64,000 nt of DNA from a virus. Shown one piece after another: positions 28,653 to 39,358 of this stretch. How positions within the stretch are numbered: the first letter of the stretch is position 1; each line of letters starts with the position of its first letter. The stretch is from positions 32,001 to 96,000 of IMG/VR virus record IMGVR_UViG_3300049847_000198, one strand, 5' to 3'. A program made the translations under genes and the position numbers. The notes below the pieces were generated by a model. The model was not told where the DNA came from. It saw only the letters and a list, made by a program, of their open reading frames with translations, and ran no database searches.

Positions 28653-29189
28653 GTGGGAAATTGCGCGTATTCGAGCGGCTCGATGGCCAGGGTGTGGTGT
28701 ACGCAAGTAACCAGCGGGAATTGCAGTAATGCGCCGTTCTCGTCAGGCACTACGTTTTCGCCGTCCTACGCTGGTCTCGACACGACTTCAGCCGACTTTG
28801 TCGGTGCATTGGAGTCTTTCAACATCAACTACGGCCGAGAAATCCAGACCGTCAACACGGCCGAGCTTCTCGGAGCAACGGGCACGGTACGTGGTGTTGC
28901 TGGCGGAACCGGAGAAATGGTCGTCGTGACGGATGTTGACAATCCGATCGGAGACATCATCCAGTCTGGCGCTCTGTACGACTTTGTCGTCACGGTCGGC
29001 AAGCTGGTTTCTGGCGTCGTTGTGCCCGTCAATGCGACAGACGCTGATGCTGAAAAAATCACTGGTCGCGTGCGATTCGGTCCCTGTCAGTTGACGCTCA
29101 ACGAGAACGGAGAGGTTATGCGAGGCACGTTCCCGTACACCTGCCACGGACTTGCGTATGGCTTGGTCTTGGGTGCGTCTGATTCGTAA
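28653..29189 (+). CDS. Putative major tail tube protein
   Basis: About 178 aa, beta-rich; SFNINYGREIQTVNT...GTGEM...ITGRVRF...TFPYTCHG tube-like pattern; GGAG SD before GTG 28653. Confidence 0.55.
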   Translation: MGNCAYSSGSMARVWCTQVTSGNCSNAPFSSGTTFSPSYAGLDTTSADFVGALESFNINYGREIQTVNTAELLGATGTVRGVAGGTGEMVVVTDVDNPIGDIIQSGALYDFVVTVGKLVSGVVVPVNATDADAEKITGRVRFGPCQLTLNENGEVMRGTFPYTCHGLAYGLVLGASDS

Positions 29190-29274
29190 AATGATGACCA
29201 CTTGACTGTTTAATCTCCAGTGAATACAAGGCTGCCATGAATCATCATGGCAGCCTTTTTCTTTTGGAGAACTA

Positions 29275-30759
29275 ATGAACATTTCGCGAGAAGATTTACA
29301 AAAGCTGATTATTGTCAAGGACTCTGGATGCTGGCACTGGAACGGAACAATTCATCTTCCTCACTACTGCCATGTGATTGTCGATGGCGAGAAATGCAAC
29401 GCTCGTCGAGTGGTTAGGCAAGTTTTTGGACCACCATTCAACGAAAATCTTGCCCTGCTAAAGACCTGTAAAAACAACTACTGCGTTGCGCCTGCGCATC
29501 ACCTGACCGGCGATGAACGGTTTCTGAAAAACTACGCCGTCTCGGAAACTGGCTGCCATGAATGGAAGGGCGGGATTACGGTTAATGGATACGGAGTGAC
29601 AGGGAACGGAGGTGGTTGCAAAAGAGCGCACAGGAGAATGTGGGAATTGAAGGTTGGTCAAATCCCGCAAGGGATGGTCATCAGGCACCTATGCCATAAT
29701 CGAAAATGTGTTAATATCGACCACTTAGCAGTTGGCACACACCAAGACAATATGGACGACATGGTTAAGGCTGGCAGAGCCTGTAACGGATGGAAGAACG
29801 GCAATTACAAGAAGTCTTACCTAGATGAAAAAGACATCCTCGAAATCAGGCAACTTGCCTCCGAAGACGAGTTTACTCTATGGGAAATCGCCGAGGCTTA
29901 CGGAGCCGATGTAAGCTATATCTCAGACATCGCAAAAGGTGATTGCTGGCCACAGGTTGGCGGACCAAGAACGAAAAGAGAAGACGATCCGGTTTTCAAA
30001 TACATCACCAAGGGCAGCGAAAAGTTCAACGCCAAGATCACCGAGTCCGACGCAGTTCGTATCAGAGAACTATGCGACGAAGGAGTTCTCACACAGGGAC
30101 AGATTGGAGATCAGTTCGGCATCGACCAAACAGAAGTCTCTGACATCGCTCACGGAATCATCTGGAAACACGTTGGAGGGCCGATTGTTGAAGGCCACTA
30201 CCTGCCGACAAACCGAGAATACGACGTTGGCGAAGACCATCACGCAGCCAAGATCACTGAGATCGACGTCAAAGAGATTCGCAGGCTGTATGCCACAAAA
30301 GAAATGAATCAACAGCAGCTTGCCGAGCGATACGGACTAAAGCAGTGCCATGTATCCGACATCGTACTGAGTGTCTCGTGGAGTCACGTTCCGGCAGAGC
30401 ATGAGATCAAAAAGAAAACCACTGGCGTAAACTCGCAAGGCAAAGCCTGCAAACTGACAGAAAATGATGTTATTCAAATGCGAGACTGCTACCGCAACGG
30501 AGCATCGTTCTCTGAAATTGCCAAAATGTTCAAAATCTCTCCAGATGCCGCCAGAAGCACGATCATTGGACTACGATGGAGTCATGTTCCCGGAGCGATT
30601 CCCGACGCCGGAAGAAACATCACAGAGAAGGATGCGATCAAGATAAAGGCGATGCTACGAGATGGAGAGAAGCCTAGATCAATCGCAAAAGAACTAGGAG
30701 TCAAGCCGGGCGTTGTCTACAAAATATCAAGCGGTCAGTCATGGTCTCATGTGTCTTAG
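29275..30759 (+). CDS. HNH homing endonuclease: one degenerate and one intact HNH domain plus five tandem HTH repeats
   Basis: GCHEWKG...AHRRMW...IRHLCHNRKCVNIDHL...TH.DN; five K(I/L)TE.D...I...IA..FG......I..G..W.HV-type repeats. Confidence 0.85.
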   Translation: MNISREDLQKLIIVKDSGCWHWNGTIHLPHYCHVIVDGEKCNARRVVRQVFGPPFNENLALLKTCKNNYCVAPAHHLTGDERFLKNYAVSETGCHEWKGGITVNGYGVTGNGGGCKRAHRRMWELKVGQIPQGMVIRHLCHNRKCVNIDHLAVGTHQDNMDDMVKAGRACNGWKNGNYKKSYLDEKDILEIRQLASEDEFTLWEIAEAYGADVSYISDIAKGDCWPQVGGPRTKREDDPVFKYITKGSEKFNAKITESDAVRIRELCDEGVLTQGQIGDQFGIDQTEVSDIAHGIIWKHVGGPIVEGHYLPTNREYDVGEDHHAAKITEIDVKEIRRLYATKEMNQQQLAERYGLKQCHVSDIVLSVSWSHVPAEHEIKKKTTGVNSQGKACKLTENDVIQMRDCYRNGASFSEIAKMFKISPDAARSTIIGLRWSHVPGAIPDAGRNITEKDAIKIKAMLRDGEKPRSIAKELGVKPGVVYKISSGQSWSHVS

Positions 30760-31139
30760 GTTGAGACGATTTCGGTGGCCGTTTTCATTTTCGCAACCTC
30801 ATCCGGATTCTCGTCACGCCACTGCTGCCAGCTTTCGTCTGTCAGCTTGTGCATGATCCAAGAAGGATGATCGGCAGTTGGCAAGAACTGTTCTTCCTCA
30901 TGGAAACATCGCTCGCACAGTTGCAGATGTGAAAGGTGATGTGGCGATGAATGAAACCGCAGATGCTTGGCACAGAAATACAATCCGCAGCCATGCTCGC
31001 CGCCATACGGTTCACTGCCGCAGACATAGCTGAGTCCACGATCAATCTCGGCCATGCAGCCGGGATGATCGCAGTACGCTGGTACGGCATATCCGATGTC
31101 GCGTAACCACTGACTGTCGTATCCGAGACCCCAAGACAT
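30756..31139 (-). CDS. Cys/His-rich phage hypothetical protein
   Basis: RDIGYAVPAYCDHPGC..EIDRGLSYVCG...GCGLYFC..H. Confidence 0.75.
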   Translation of the reverse strand: MSWGLGYDSQWLRDIGYAVPAYCDHPGCMAEIDRGLSYVCGSEPYGGEHGCGLYFCAKHLRFHSSPHHLSHLQLCERCFHEEEQFLPTADHPSWIMHKLTDESWQQWRDENPDEVAKMKTATEIVST

Positions 31140-31143
31140 CGTT

Positions 31144-31999
31144 TCATCCTTCCTTCACTTCATCGACAACAGCGATTGAAAAATATCCCATCCTGCCGTT
31201 CTTCTCAGCGTGAAATTCCATACGACCGACGTTCGGACTTCCTCCGACCAACTGCGCCGATATCGACTGGATGATCTTCATCGCTTCGTGTGACGAGACG
31301 AGCACCATGATGCCGCTGTCGCCGTGCTCCCATGCTTCGATCTTCATCGTTGACTCCAGATCGCAACAAAAAGAATCACTGCTGCCGCCAACGCCGCGAC
31401 ACGCAACCACTTGTTCTTCGGCTTCTCGGCTTCGTAAGCAACGAACGTCGCATCGACATTACCAACATCGCAGCCAAACAGAACCTGCCTCGGAACTCCA
31501 GACATCTTGTAACTCATGTCTGTGAACACGCGAAACTTCATGGCGTTGTAGTCGTCAGGCTTTGGCATCTGCGGTTCAAGCCACTTGAATTCCATCGGTT
31601 CGATTGGCGTGAACACAGATGGCAGCTTCGTCAAGAACTCATCCTCGCACTTGCGGCGCAGCTTCTCTTGCAGTGCAACCAGTTCTTCGAGGTTCACCTG
31701 CGTTGTGGTCGTTGACCAGTTGGTTTGCATTCTTATTCTCCTCCGACGTACTTATCGAATCGCTTCTTCGCTCGCTTGACGATCCCTTCAAGAACGGCGA
31801 TGTCATTCTTTGACAACAAATCTTCTTGTGCGGCAAACATGATCGGACACCAGAACCCGAAGTTTTGCTCAAGTTCCGTTGTCGCAACCAGAAGACCTCT
31901 CGCTTCATTAGCGTCCAGTGCTTTCAAAGAAAGCGAACCAACGCCTTTCGATAGACAAACTGACTTTCCACGACCAAACGCCGTCTTCGTGAGTCTCAT
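31144..31999 (-). other. Three small hypothetical genes (ending 31144; 31344-31730; 31733-31999)
   Basis: Packed minus-strand ORFs; 31344-31730 has a C-terminal TM helix. Confidence 0.55.
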
Positions 32000-32011
32000 T
32001 TTATTTGCCTT

Positions 32012-34966
32012 TCACTTCGAGTTGATAATCCCCAGAACCTCGCTCGGAGCGAGCGGCTTCCACTTGTTGTTCGCCAGCTTGTCGATCAACGCCGATGCGT
32101 GCGTGAAAGAAATCCGGTCAGGGTCGATGCCAGCCTTCGCAATCACCTTCGCCTGCTTGTAAGTGCAGAGCTTTTCTTTTCTTCGCTGCCCAATCCGATC
32201 CAGTGTTGCCGCCGCCATCGTGAACGACATCTTCGACATCTCTTCTGGCTTCACTCCATAGTGACCGAGAGCGTCGATCATCTTCTGTGACGGCTTACGA
32301 TTGCGATGCCACTCTGGTTCACGAATCGCATGGACGTGCAGCACATGAAAAACATCCACCTTCTGTCGCGTGTACGCAACCTTCGCTTCGATCATCTTCC
32401 GCTTATCGGCATCCAACGCAAGACGTGCCATCTCTCGCTTCTGGCGTTCCGCTTCCAGTTCTTCTTCGGCCTTCTCCAAGGCTTCGACGGCGTTCTTTGG
32501 TCCGTTGCCGTCTTTCGCGTTCTCGTTCGCACGAGCAACCACTTCGTCAGGCATGTTGCCACCGAGAATGTCGATAGCAGAGACGAGCGAGTGTCGTGTG
32601 TTTCCCACAAAATCTATGGCAGTCATCGTTTTTTTACCAGACTGCTCAATAGCCGATCTGCGTTCTTCTGGAGTGCCTAGTCGCCACCAATCTCCGTTCT
32701 CGTTTTTTCCTTCGATGACATTCGGAAGAACTCGCGTTCCACGTCCAATCTGCTGAGCAACCACAGAGCGAGACTTAGTTGGTCTTCCGAGTGCGATATA
32801 CTGCGTAATTGGTGCATCAAAGCCTTCGACGCAGTTTCCCATCACAGTCACTGTTCCACGCCTTCTTGTGATGATGTTTTTGCTCTGCGTACTGACGCAC
32901 CAAACTTTTTCAGATTTCCAGTTATCTTCGACTTGTAGAGAGTGCCCTTTTGTTGTTTTGTGTATCTTGGTTTTCTTTAAGCAAATCTGATTCAGTCGCC
33001 TGCTGTTTTCTCCATTAAAAGAATCGTGAACAGAAGCCCTGTACCCACGACAGCAAGCTATCGCTTGGATTAGATCAAACAACTGCTTGTTAGCACCGCA
33101 CACATAGAAGGAGTCGCCCTCAGGCCGTATGCTGTTTTTGTGGTCCGTTCCATTTGCCATCCACCAACCGTAGAGAAAACAGTCGAACTGCTCGTTACTG
33201 AACCCCCAGTAAAGTTCGCTGCCAGACTTTTTTAGATATGGCTCAAGGCGATAAACGCCACGCCTAGCCTGTGGTCCAGAACCAGTTCCGCGAGGCAAAG
33301 ACCAACTATGTCCATCTGCCTTGAATGTCCCGGATTTCTTGTTCCTCTCAATCTTGTCTATGCCGCACTTATCGAGAAGGTGATTGACTCGATCTATGAT
33401 CGCTGGATTCTTGTTTGGTTGGAAAAGTTTGTACTCGATCCCGCCAGTCTTGAGTCGGGATGAAGTTCCGTCGCCAACCCAAAACCCAATTAACTCACAT
33501 TCTTCAAGAGTTAATTCCGGTGGATTTGAATACTTAAAACTGGCAAGATATTCGACTCGCCTAATAGCCTCGGCCTTGGCCTCAGTCTTTCCTAGGCCCC
33601 TCTTTCTTAGTTCATAAGAGAGAGAACGTATCTTTGAAGGAGTAACTTTCCTGGTCTCTTGAACTGGTTTCACATTAAATGGAACGGCAACGCCAGACAC
33701 AGGCAACTCTACGGACAATCCAGACAACTGCTTGGCTGTTTTTTTCTTGAAATCACCATCCCTGAATGTGCGATATAAGAGATCGTGGTCTTCTGTGACT
33801 CGAATTGACCTTCTTCCGGTGTCCAGTGACACCATTTTTTCTTCTGGAAGACGATCTCGCTTGATAAGTGAAATAGGCTTCTCGAACCACGCTTCTCCCT
33901 GATCCCAGTTAGCGATGAGGTGCTGGTCGGTGATTGAATCCATTCCAATAAAACCAGAGGATGTCAGGATTTCGGTTTCTGAATCAAGACATACTCCAAC
34001 ATTCACAAGCTGAGAGAACTCTCCCTTACGGAACGAATTGAATAGCCTTCTACGTCTATCCTTGTCTGAAGAAAGGACGCACCACGGATACTCTTTACCG
34101 TCGTCAGGGACGCGAGACACGATGGCGTAGCTGGACCCGGATTGCTTGCGGCAGAATATCTCGCTTGTGCGCACCGCCTGCTCAACTCCAGCAGTGAACA
34201 CGATCGTTGACTTACCGCCAGAAATGTCCCATGTGGCTTCAGTAACTCTGTGTAGCGGCTTTTCTTTAAGCATCTCCTGCTCAAGCTGTGAATCAATGAA
34301 ATCTCCACAAGAGACGCCAACCGCGTCTAACTGAAGGTCTTCGACAAATACAGTTTCCTGTTCAATCGGAACAAGCCATCCGTCATTGATCGCAGACGGA
34401 CCTCCGTTTGGACTGTAAAGCTGGTACTCGAAAGCGACCGCTTCAAAACTCTGGCCCAACGCCTGTTCGTCGCTCCTGTCTGGCGTCGCAGTAACAGACG
34501 CGACCCGACAAGCCGGATTGCCTTCAAGAAAGTAGTTCACTATATTTGAGTAAGTTTTGTTCGCCTGAACAAAATGATGGCCCTCATCAATGATTATCAA
34601 ACAAATCTCTCGTGGGTCCGGGAATTCCGAACGAAGCCTTTCTAGCCTAAACAAAGTTTGAACGCTGGCAAAAGTGATTCGAGATTTGAACTTGTTGCCT
34701 ACTCGCGTCTGTTTCTGTTGTACGATGTCGCCAAAGTCGTCGTACAGATCACGCCACATTGCGTGCGGCTGAGTGACGAGTTCCTCTCGGTGAGCGAGCC
34801 ACAGAACTTTTCCACCATCACTGCCGGCCGCAACAGACAGAGAAATGACAGTTTTTCCGCATCCTGTCGGGAGTACGCTCAAGCATGATCGCTTATTCGT
34901 TAGCGTTCCAAGAATCGCGTCCCTGCACTCTATCTGATAGTCCCTCAAGAAGTCGTCACTAATCAT
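32012..34966 (-). CDS. Superfamily 2 DEAD/DEAH-like DNA helicase containing an intein
   Basis: LRDYQ, LPTGCGKT, DEGHH, TATP, EGFDAP, QQIGRGTR. Confidence 0.92.
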   Translation of the reverse strand: MISDDFLRDYQIECRDAILGTLTNKRSCLSVLPTGCGKTVISLSVAAGSDGGKVLWLAHREELVTQPHAMWRDLYDDFGDIVQQKQTRVGNKFKSRITFASVQTLFRLERLRSEFPDPREICLIIIDEGHHFVQANKTYSNIVNYFLEGNPACRVASVTATPDRSDEQALGQSFEAVAFEYQLYSPNGGPSAINDGWLVPIEQETVFVEDLQLDAVGVSCGDFIDSQLEQEMLKEKPLHRVTEATWDISGGKSTIVFTAGVEQAVRTSEIFCRKQSGSSYAIVSRVPDDGKEYPWCVLSSDKDRRRRLFNSFRKGEFSQLVNVGVCLDSETEILTSSGFIGMDSITDQHLIANWDQGEAWFEKPISLIKRDRLPEEKMVSLDTGRRSIRVTEDHDLLYRTFRDGDFKKKTAKQLSGLSVELPVSGVAVPFNVKPVQETRKVTPSKIRSLSYELRKRGLGKTEAKAEAIRRVEYLASFKYSNPPELTLEECELIGFWVGDGTSSRLKTGGIEYKLFQPNKNPAIIDRVNHLLDKCGIDKIERNKKSGTFKADGHSWSLPRGTGSGPQARRGVYRLEPYLKKSGSELYWGFSNEQFDCFLYGWWMANGTDHKNSIRPEGDSFYVCGANKQLFDLIQAIACCRGYRASVHDSFNGENSRRLNQICLKKTKIHKTTKGHSLQVEDNWKSEKVWCVSTQSKNIITRRRGTVTVMGNCVEGFDAPITQYIALGRPTKSRSVVAQQIGRGTRVLPNVIEGKNENGDWWRLGTPEERRSAIEQSGKKTMTAIDFVGNTRHSLVSAIDILGGNMPDEVVARANENAKDGNGPKNAVEALEKAEEELEAERQKREMARLALDADKRKMIEAKVAYTRQKVDVFHVLHVHAIREPEWHRNRKPSQKMIDALGHYGVKPEEMSKMSFTMAAATLDRIGQRRKEKLCTYKQAKVIAKAGIDPDRISFTHASALIDKLANNKWKPLAPSEVLGIINSK
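32834..33991 (-). mobile_element. 386-aa intein with LAGLIDADG-like endonuclease in helicase motif V
   Basis: VNVGV|CLDSETEILT...VWCVSTQSKNIITRRRGTVTVMGN|CVEGFD; LIGFWVGDG and FLYGWWMANG blocks; visibly more AT-rich than the flanks. Confidence 0.92.
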
Positions 34967-35119
34967 TTACTTTGCCTTTCACTATTCGTTCTTTGCAAAC
35001 AAGCCGACCAACGACTCAAGCGTTGGCACATACTTCGTCGGCTGCCACATCGCTGGCACGTTTTCATCACGCCATTTGTTGTTTCAATCCGCTGCTCACT
35101 TATCTGTGAGCAGAAAAAC

Positions 35120-36340
35120 TTACGGTCGATCCAAGCCTTTTAGTTTGCTCTTGCCGACTTCCGCACCGCAGACCAAGCACTCGTTAAAAGAATCACTACC
35201 ACCTGCTGGGTCCGCGTGATACTTCGTGAAATCGTGGTGGCACAGATTGCGTGCGTCTTGCAAGTCCTTCGCCAGAAGCTGCATCCTCGACTTGTGATCG
35301 TCTTCGGCTGTTGCAATCTGCCGTTTGATTCTAGCGACTTCAGACGCGACGTTCTCGCAGGCACCGAGTTTGTTGGTTCTCTCTTTGCCTGAGAGATGGT
35401 CCATGCCGCAGATTTTCTCCACGACTTCGTTGGAGAGTTTCATGTCGTCTCCTTCGGCTGGTGGTAGCCTTGAATCAAAGAAAGCATCGTTCGATACGGA
35501 GTTTCGTTGACCGGAATGAAGACCGCCACGTCGCCACCGCACATCAGTAGTTTGTGATACTCAACGACTTCAAATGCCACGTTCTCGGCGTATTCTTTGT
35601 CCCACACAAGAACTGGTGCCGCTCTGCTCTTCGGGACAGCAACGCGATTCGTTTCCGTCTGAACAAACTTGCCATCAGCAGGTCCGCCAACCATCAGGTA
35701 TGGCGGAAAGTTACTTCCGTCTGGTCGTTCCATTTTCATTGCCTTTCAAGAAACAGATCAGCGACCGGACTGTTTAAGACTCAGCTTCAGTCTTTCGACC
35801 TGAGACGACCCGTAGTTCGTCCCGGCGTGGCTTTTGGAATCCGCCTCCCGTTCCACTTCCGCTTTCGCGGAACACTGACCTGTCTTTGTTCATTTTAACG
35901 AACCACCAAAGAAATAAACAGACCGGGCGAGAAATTCTGCGGGCGTTCCCTCCCGCTGCGGCCCAATGCTGCTACCGATCCAAACTAGGACTCCCGCAGA
36001 CATCTCGTCTCGCTGACACCACTCACCTCCGAAGAGGCCGATCTGCTTGTTCGCTCGATTCAATCCAGGATGCAATTATCGACATTGCGACTTCTTCGTT
36101 TTCAGCATCTGGTGTAACCATCTTATTCAGATTTTCGCGGCAACAGAGAACGAATCCTTCGTCAGAGAATCCGCTCACCAATTCATCCTTTGAGAGCGAG
36201 TTCCAATCAACGTCAGATTCAGGAGGAACACCAATAACATCGAGAATCCAATCCTGAATTTTCCAATTAGGGTCTGCGTTGGAGACGATTCTGATTAGGC
36301 GAGACAAGTCTCTCGCAGAAACCGTGAACGATGTTTTCAT
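35120..36340 (-). other. Small hypothetical genes (35120-35443 with Zn ribbon, 35440-35739, 36023-36340)
   Basis: Packed minus-strand ORFs. Confidence 0.6.
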
Positions 36341-37290
36341 TATCTTGCCTCCGGGTGAATCGCACGAAACTGCATATCGCTCAGCCAACCACTGCCGCCG
36401 CATCTCTGGCAGTCGCCGCCCACGCACTTCGGGCATTCCTTCGCTGGCTTCGACACTCGCAGGCACTCCTGCGCCGACTTGATGTGTGCCTTCAGTTCAT
36501 TCGTCTTGATCCGCTGTCCGCCATGCTCTTCCGTCAGGTCTTCGGCATCCCTCAAAAGATCGCCAAGCCGGTTTATCAACGCCTGAATCTTCCCAGCCGT
36601 CTCTTTTGCCACCTGCCACTTCGTCTGCGTGCCCGCAGGAGCGTTCGCGACAGCTTCCGTGAGCGTTTTAGCCTTCCCGGACTTCACGGCTGCTACAGCC
36701 TCGATTTGGGCCTCTGGCGGCATATCCGCAATCTTCGAGGCATCGTTCACGCTGACGACGCCGTCGTCGACAGCCTTGACGACAGATTCGTCAGCTTCGT
36801 TCAAAACTTTCGCCGCACGAAAAGCGGACCTACGTGACGCTCCAGTCTCTGTAGCTGCTTGCTCCACAACATCTTCCGTCGCTCGCTTTTTTCGAGTGCC
36901 ACGTGGCACCTGAGTTTCTTCGGCTGCTTTGTCGGGTAATCCCTGCGTTCCGTTGCGATACGCAGCAATGCGTGCTGCCGCCATCGCTCGGTCCTTCGGC
37001 GTCAGGTGCCTGCGATTGATATTCTTCGACTTCACGAACTCCAAAAGAGCGGCATCGAGTTCAGCGTCCGACGTGATGCCGTCTGGAGGTTCCCACTCAC
37101 GGTACTGCGGAGCGATTCCAGCGTCACGACAGGCGAGTTGGCGGTTCTTACCATCAAGAACTTGCCCTTCGTAAGTCACGATCCAGTCTTCAAGCCCGTT
37201 GTCTTTGATCGACTCGACAAGATCGTCGTATTCATCGCCCAAAACATGACCGAAAATTTCGCAGTATGGGTGGTGCGGAAGCAATTGCAT
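36340..37290 (-). CDS. ParB/Srx N-terminal domain protein with HTH and C-terminal Zn finger
   Basis: HPYCEIF...LVESIKDNGLEDWIVTYEGQVLDGKNRQLAC...SKNINRRHLT; CPKC...CQRCGGSGW. Confidence 0.85.
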   Translation of the reverse strand: MQLLPHHPYCEIFGHVLGDEYDDLVESIKDNGLEDWIVTYEGQVLDGKNRQLACRDAGIAPQYREWEPPDGITSDAELDAALLEFVKSKNINRRHLTPKDRAMAAARIAAYRNGTQGLPDKAAEETQVPRGTRKKRATEDVVEQAATETGASRRSAFRAAKVLNEADESVVKAVDDGVVSVNDASKIADMPPEAQIEAVAAVKSGKAKTLTEAVANAPAGTQTKWQVAKETAGKIQALINRLGDLLRDAEDLTEEHGGQRIKTNELKAHIKSAQECLRVSKPAKECPKCVGGDCQRCGGSGWLSDMQFRAIHPEAR

Positions 37291-37390
37291 CAATGAGTCC
37301 CTTGTCGGATTGTTTTTGTGTTCAAATTCGAGGTCCTGGAATCGAACCAGTCGTTCGCTTGTGTTCCTATGCCACGAACCCAGCGTAATT

Positions 37391-37669
37391 CTACGCCTGC
37401 CCGACCAACGGGCGTCGCCTCGGTTTTCGCTTCTTTGCCTTCTTGATCCAGACTTCGACTTTCTTGCCACACGCAATCAGTTCACGGCCTTGATGGCCCA
37501 TCTCTCCGAAGCCGCTGTAGAACTCCATGTGGCGACCAACAAAATCCAGTATCTCAGCGATCTGAACCAGATGCGGTCCAACAGTTCTGTAAGGATCACG
37601 GAACTTGATCGCCTTCTTTTTAATCGTCGCCCAGTTCGCCTTCTTCGTAGTCATGTTCGCGTGCCTCAA
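37391..37669 (-). CDS. Hypothetical basic protein
   Basis: 92-aa ORF; start uncertain. Confidence 0.5.
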   Translation of the reverse strand: MRHANMTTKKANWATIKKKAIKFRDPYRTVGPHLVQIAEILDFVGRHMEFYSGFGEMGHQGRELIACGKKVEVWIKKAKKRKPRRRPLVGQA

Positions 37670-37688
37670 AAACCGTTCTCATTCACAC

Positions 37689-38147
37689 TCAGTGGTGACA
37701 AAGAATCCGATCCGCCCAGCAGCAGTGCGTCTGCACAATCGTCAAATTCCAGACTGGCTGAACCTCTTCGATCCCGACATCAACCACGGGCTGCCATGAC
37801 GCCGACAGGTAATCACTCGCTGCCACCAAAACCTTATCGTCGATCTGCATACTGCCTGCCGGCTTCCAGACTGCCGAACCATCTTCGTGCTTCACAAGAA
37901 CTGGCAACTCCAACGTGCAGACAACTCGCGACGTCAGCGTTGCGAAAGAAACACACATCCGATTCTTGAGTCGCTTGTAGCGCTCTATCTTACGATAGCA
38001 CTTCATGCCGTCCCAGATCGTCGCGATTGACTCTGGATGCAAATGCGAAAGTTCATCGACACGCATCGCTCCGATGTCCGTTTGAATCAGCGTGCAACCA
38101 GCGAAACCTTCGTTTCCGAGATGCGGAATGTATAGGTCTGGCGTCAC
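37689..38147 (-). CDS. Stand-alone Hint (intein-like) domain lacking catalytic termini
   Basis: GFAGCTLIQT, VVCTLELPVLV, WKPAGSMQIDDKV, VWNLTIVQTHCCWADRILCHH-stop. Confidence 0.75.
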   Translation of the reverse strand: MTPDLYIPHLGNEGFAGCTLIQTDIGAMRVDELSHLHPESIATIWDGMKCYRKIERYKRLKNRMCVSFATLTSRVVCTLELPVLVKHEDGSAVWKPAGSMQIDDKVLVAASDYLSASWQPVVDVGIEEVQPVWNLTIVQTHCCWADRILCHH

Positions 38148-38965
38148 TCAGTTTTTCTCCGTGTCTGATCTCAGGTATTCATCGGTCATGTCGCAAACCA
38201 ACTGGTTTACATCAAGCAGCCCGACGATTTCATCTTTTTCTGGAAGTTCGCATTCTTGCAGATCGTTTGGGTCGATCCCAAAAACATCCCTCTCGTGCGT
38301 CGCGATGAAGTTGTATTTCGCGCTGACGCGAACCGTAACAGTGCCATCCTCGTTAAAAGACCTGACTGTGACTCGCTGCTTAGTGCTTGTCATTCGATAG
38401 AGACGATCAACAGGAAGTCGCTCGCAAACAACGCGAACGCAATCAGGACGACTGGCAACCCAATCGCTCCAATTCCGTTTTTGAACTTCGTCCCACTCAA
38501 CTACCTTGGCCATTATTCGTCATCCACTGTTCTCAGCTTATAGAACTCGTTCACGGTCACTGCCCTGCAGCGCGGCAATCGACGTTCGATCTCGCGTGCC
38601 ACGCGAATGTCTTCGTGGCAGCATTGGATTGCCGTCCAACCCCAGCGGTTCATGCCGCCAAGAAAACGGTCCACATCGAACGGCTTGTTGAACGTGACGC
38701 CTTCTTCTTTCGTCTCAGGATCACCAAGCTGGATGCGAAACCGATCCTTGTAGGTGTTGTATTCGACTTCCACTGCAACCGCTTTCAGCGGCTTGATGTA
38801 GAAGCCGGCATCACCCGCCACAGGCCAGTTCGGAACCCTCACGCTCTGCTTGAACGCGACAACGAGACCGTCAGAAAAACTCGCATTCGCAAAGACGGTA
38901 GCATTTGTCATTACGAGGTCCGAGACGATTGCACGGACCTCGGCGGCATCTTCTTCGGTGAGCAT
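38148..38965 (-). other. Two hypothetical genes (38148-38513, 38513-38965)
   Basis: Abutting ORFs. Confidence 0.65.
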
Positions 38966-38977
38966 CTTTGTCTTTCT

Positions 38978-39358
38978 TTAGAAACGTAAACCGGAACTTG
39001 TCTTCGGAAGATTCAAAACAACTGCGTCAACTTCTTCTTGTGTGATCCGATTCGGAGCACGTAGTTCAGGATCGCGTATTCTAAGCCATGCTTGTAAGTC
39101 GTAACTCGAAAAATCCCGATCTCGCTTAACGGCCAACTGAACGACGTGGTCGAGAGTATCAAAAACTCCTGAGTGGCACTTCTCGCATAACTTCAAAAGA
39201 TTCATCGGGCAATCGCGAAAAGCCGAACTCGAAGCCGAACGCCTTTCGATGTGGTGAACTTGCAGCCCAAGCCATCCACCCGTCGAACCGCACCACATGC
39301 AGCACGCAGGGACCGAATCAACCCAATCGGAAATCTTGCACTCAGAACGGCGTCGCAT
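38978..39358 (-). CDS. Small HNH endonuclease (possibly packaging-associated)
   Basis: CMWCG...LQVHHI...NLLKLCEKCH; adjacent to putative TerS. Confidence 0.8.
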   Translation of the reverse strand: MRRRSECKISDWVDSVPACCMWCGSTGGWLGLQVHHIERRSASSSAFRDCPMNLLKLCEKCHSGVFDTLDHVVQLAVKRDRDFSSYDLQAWLRIRDPELRAPNRITQEEVDAVVLNLPKTSSGLRF

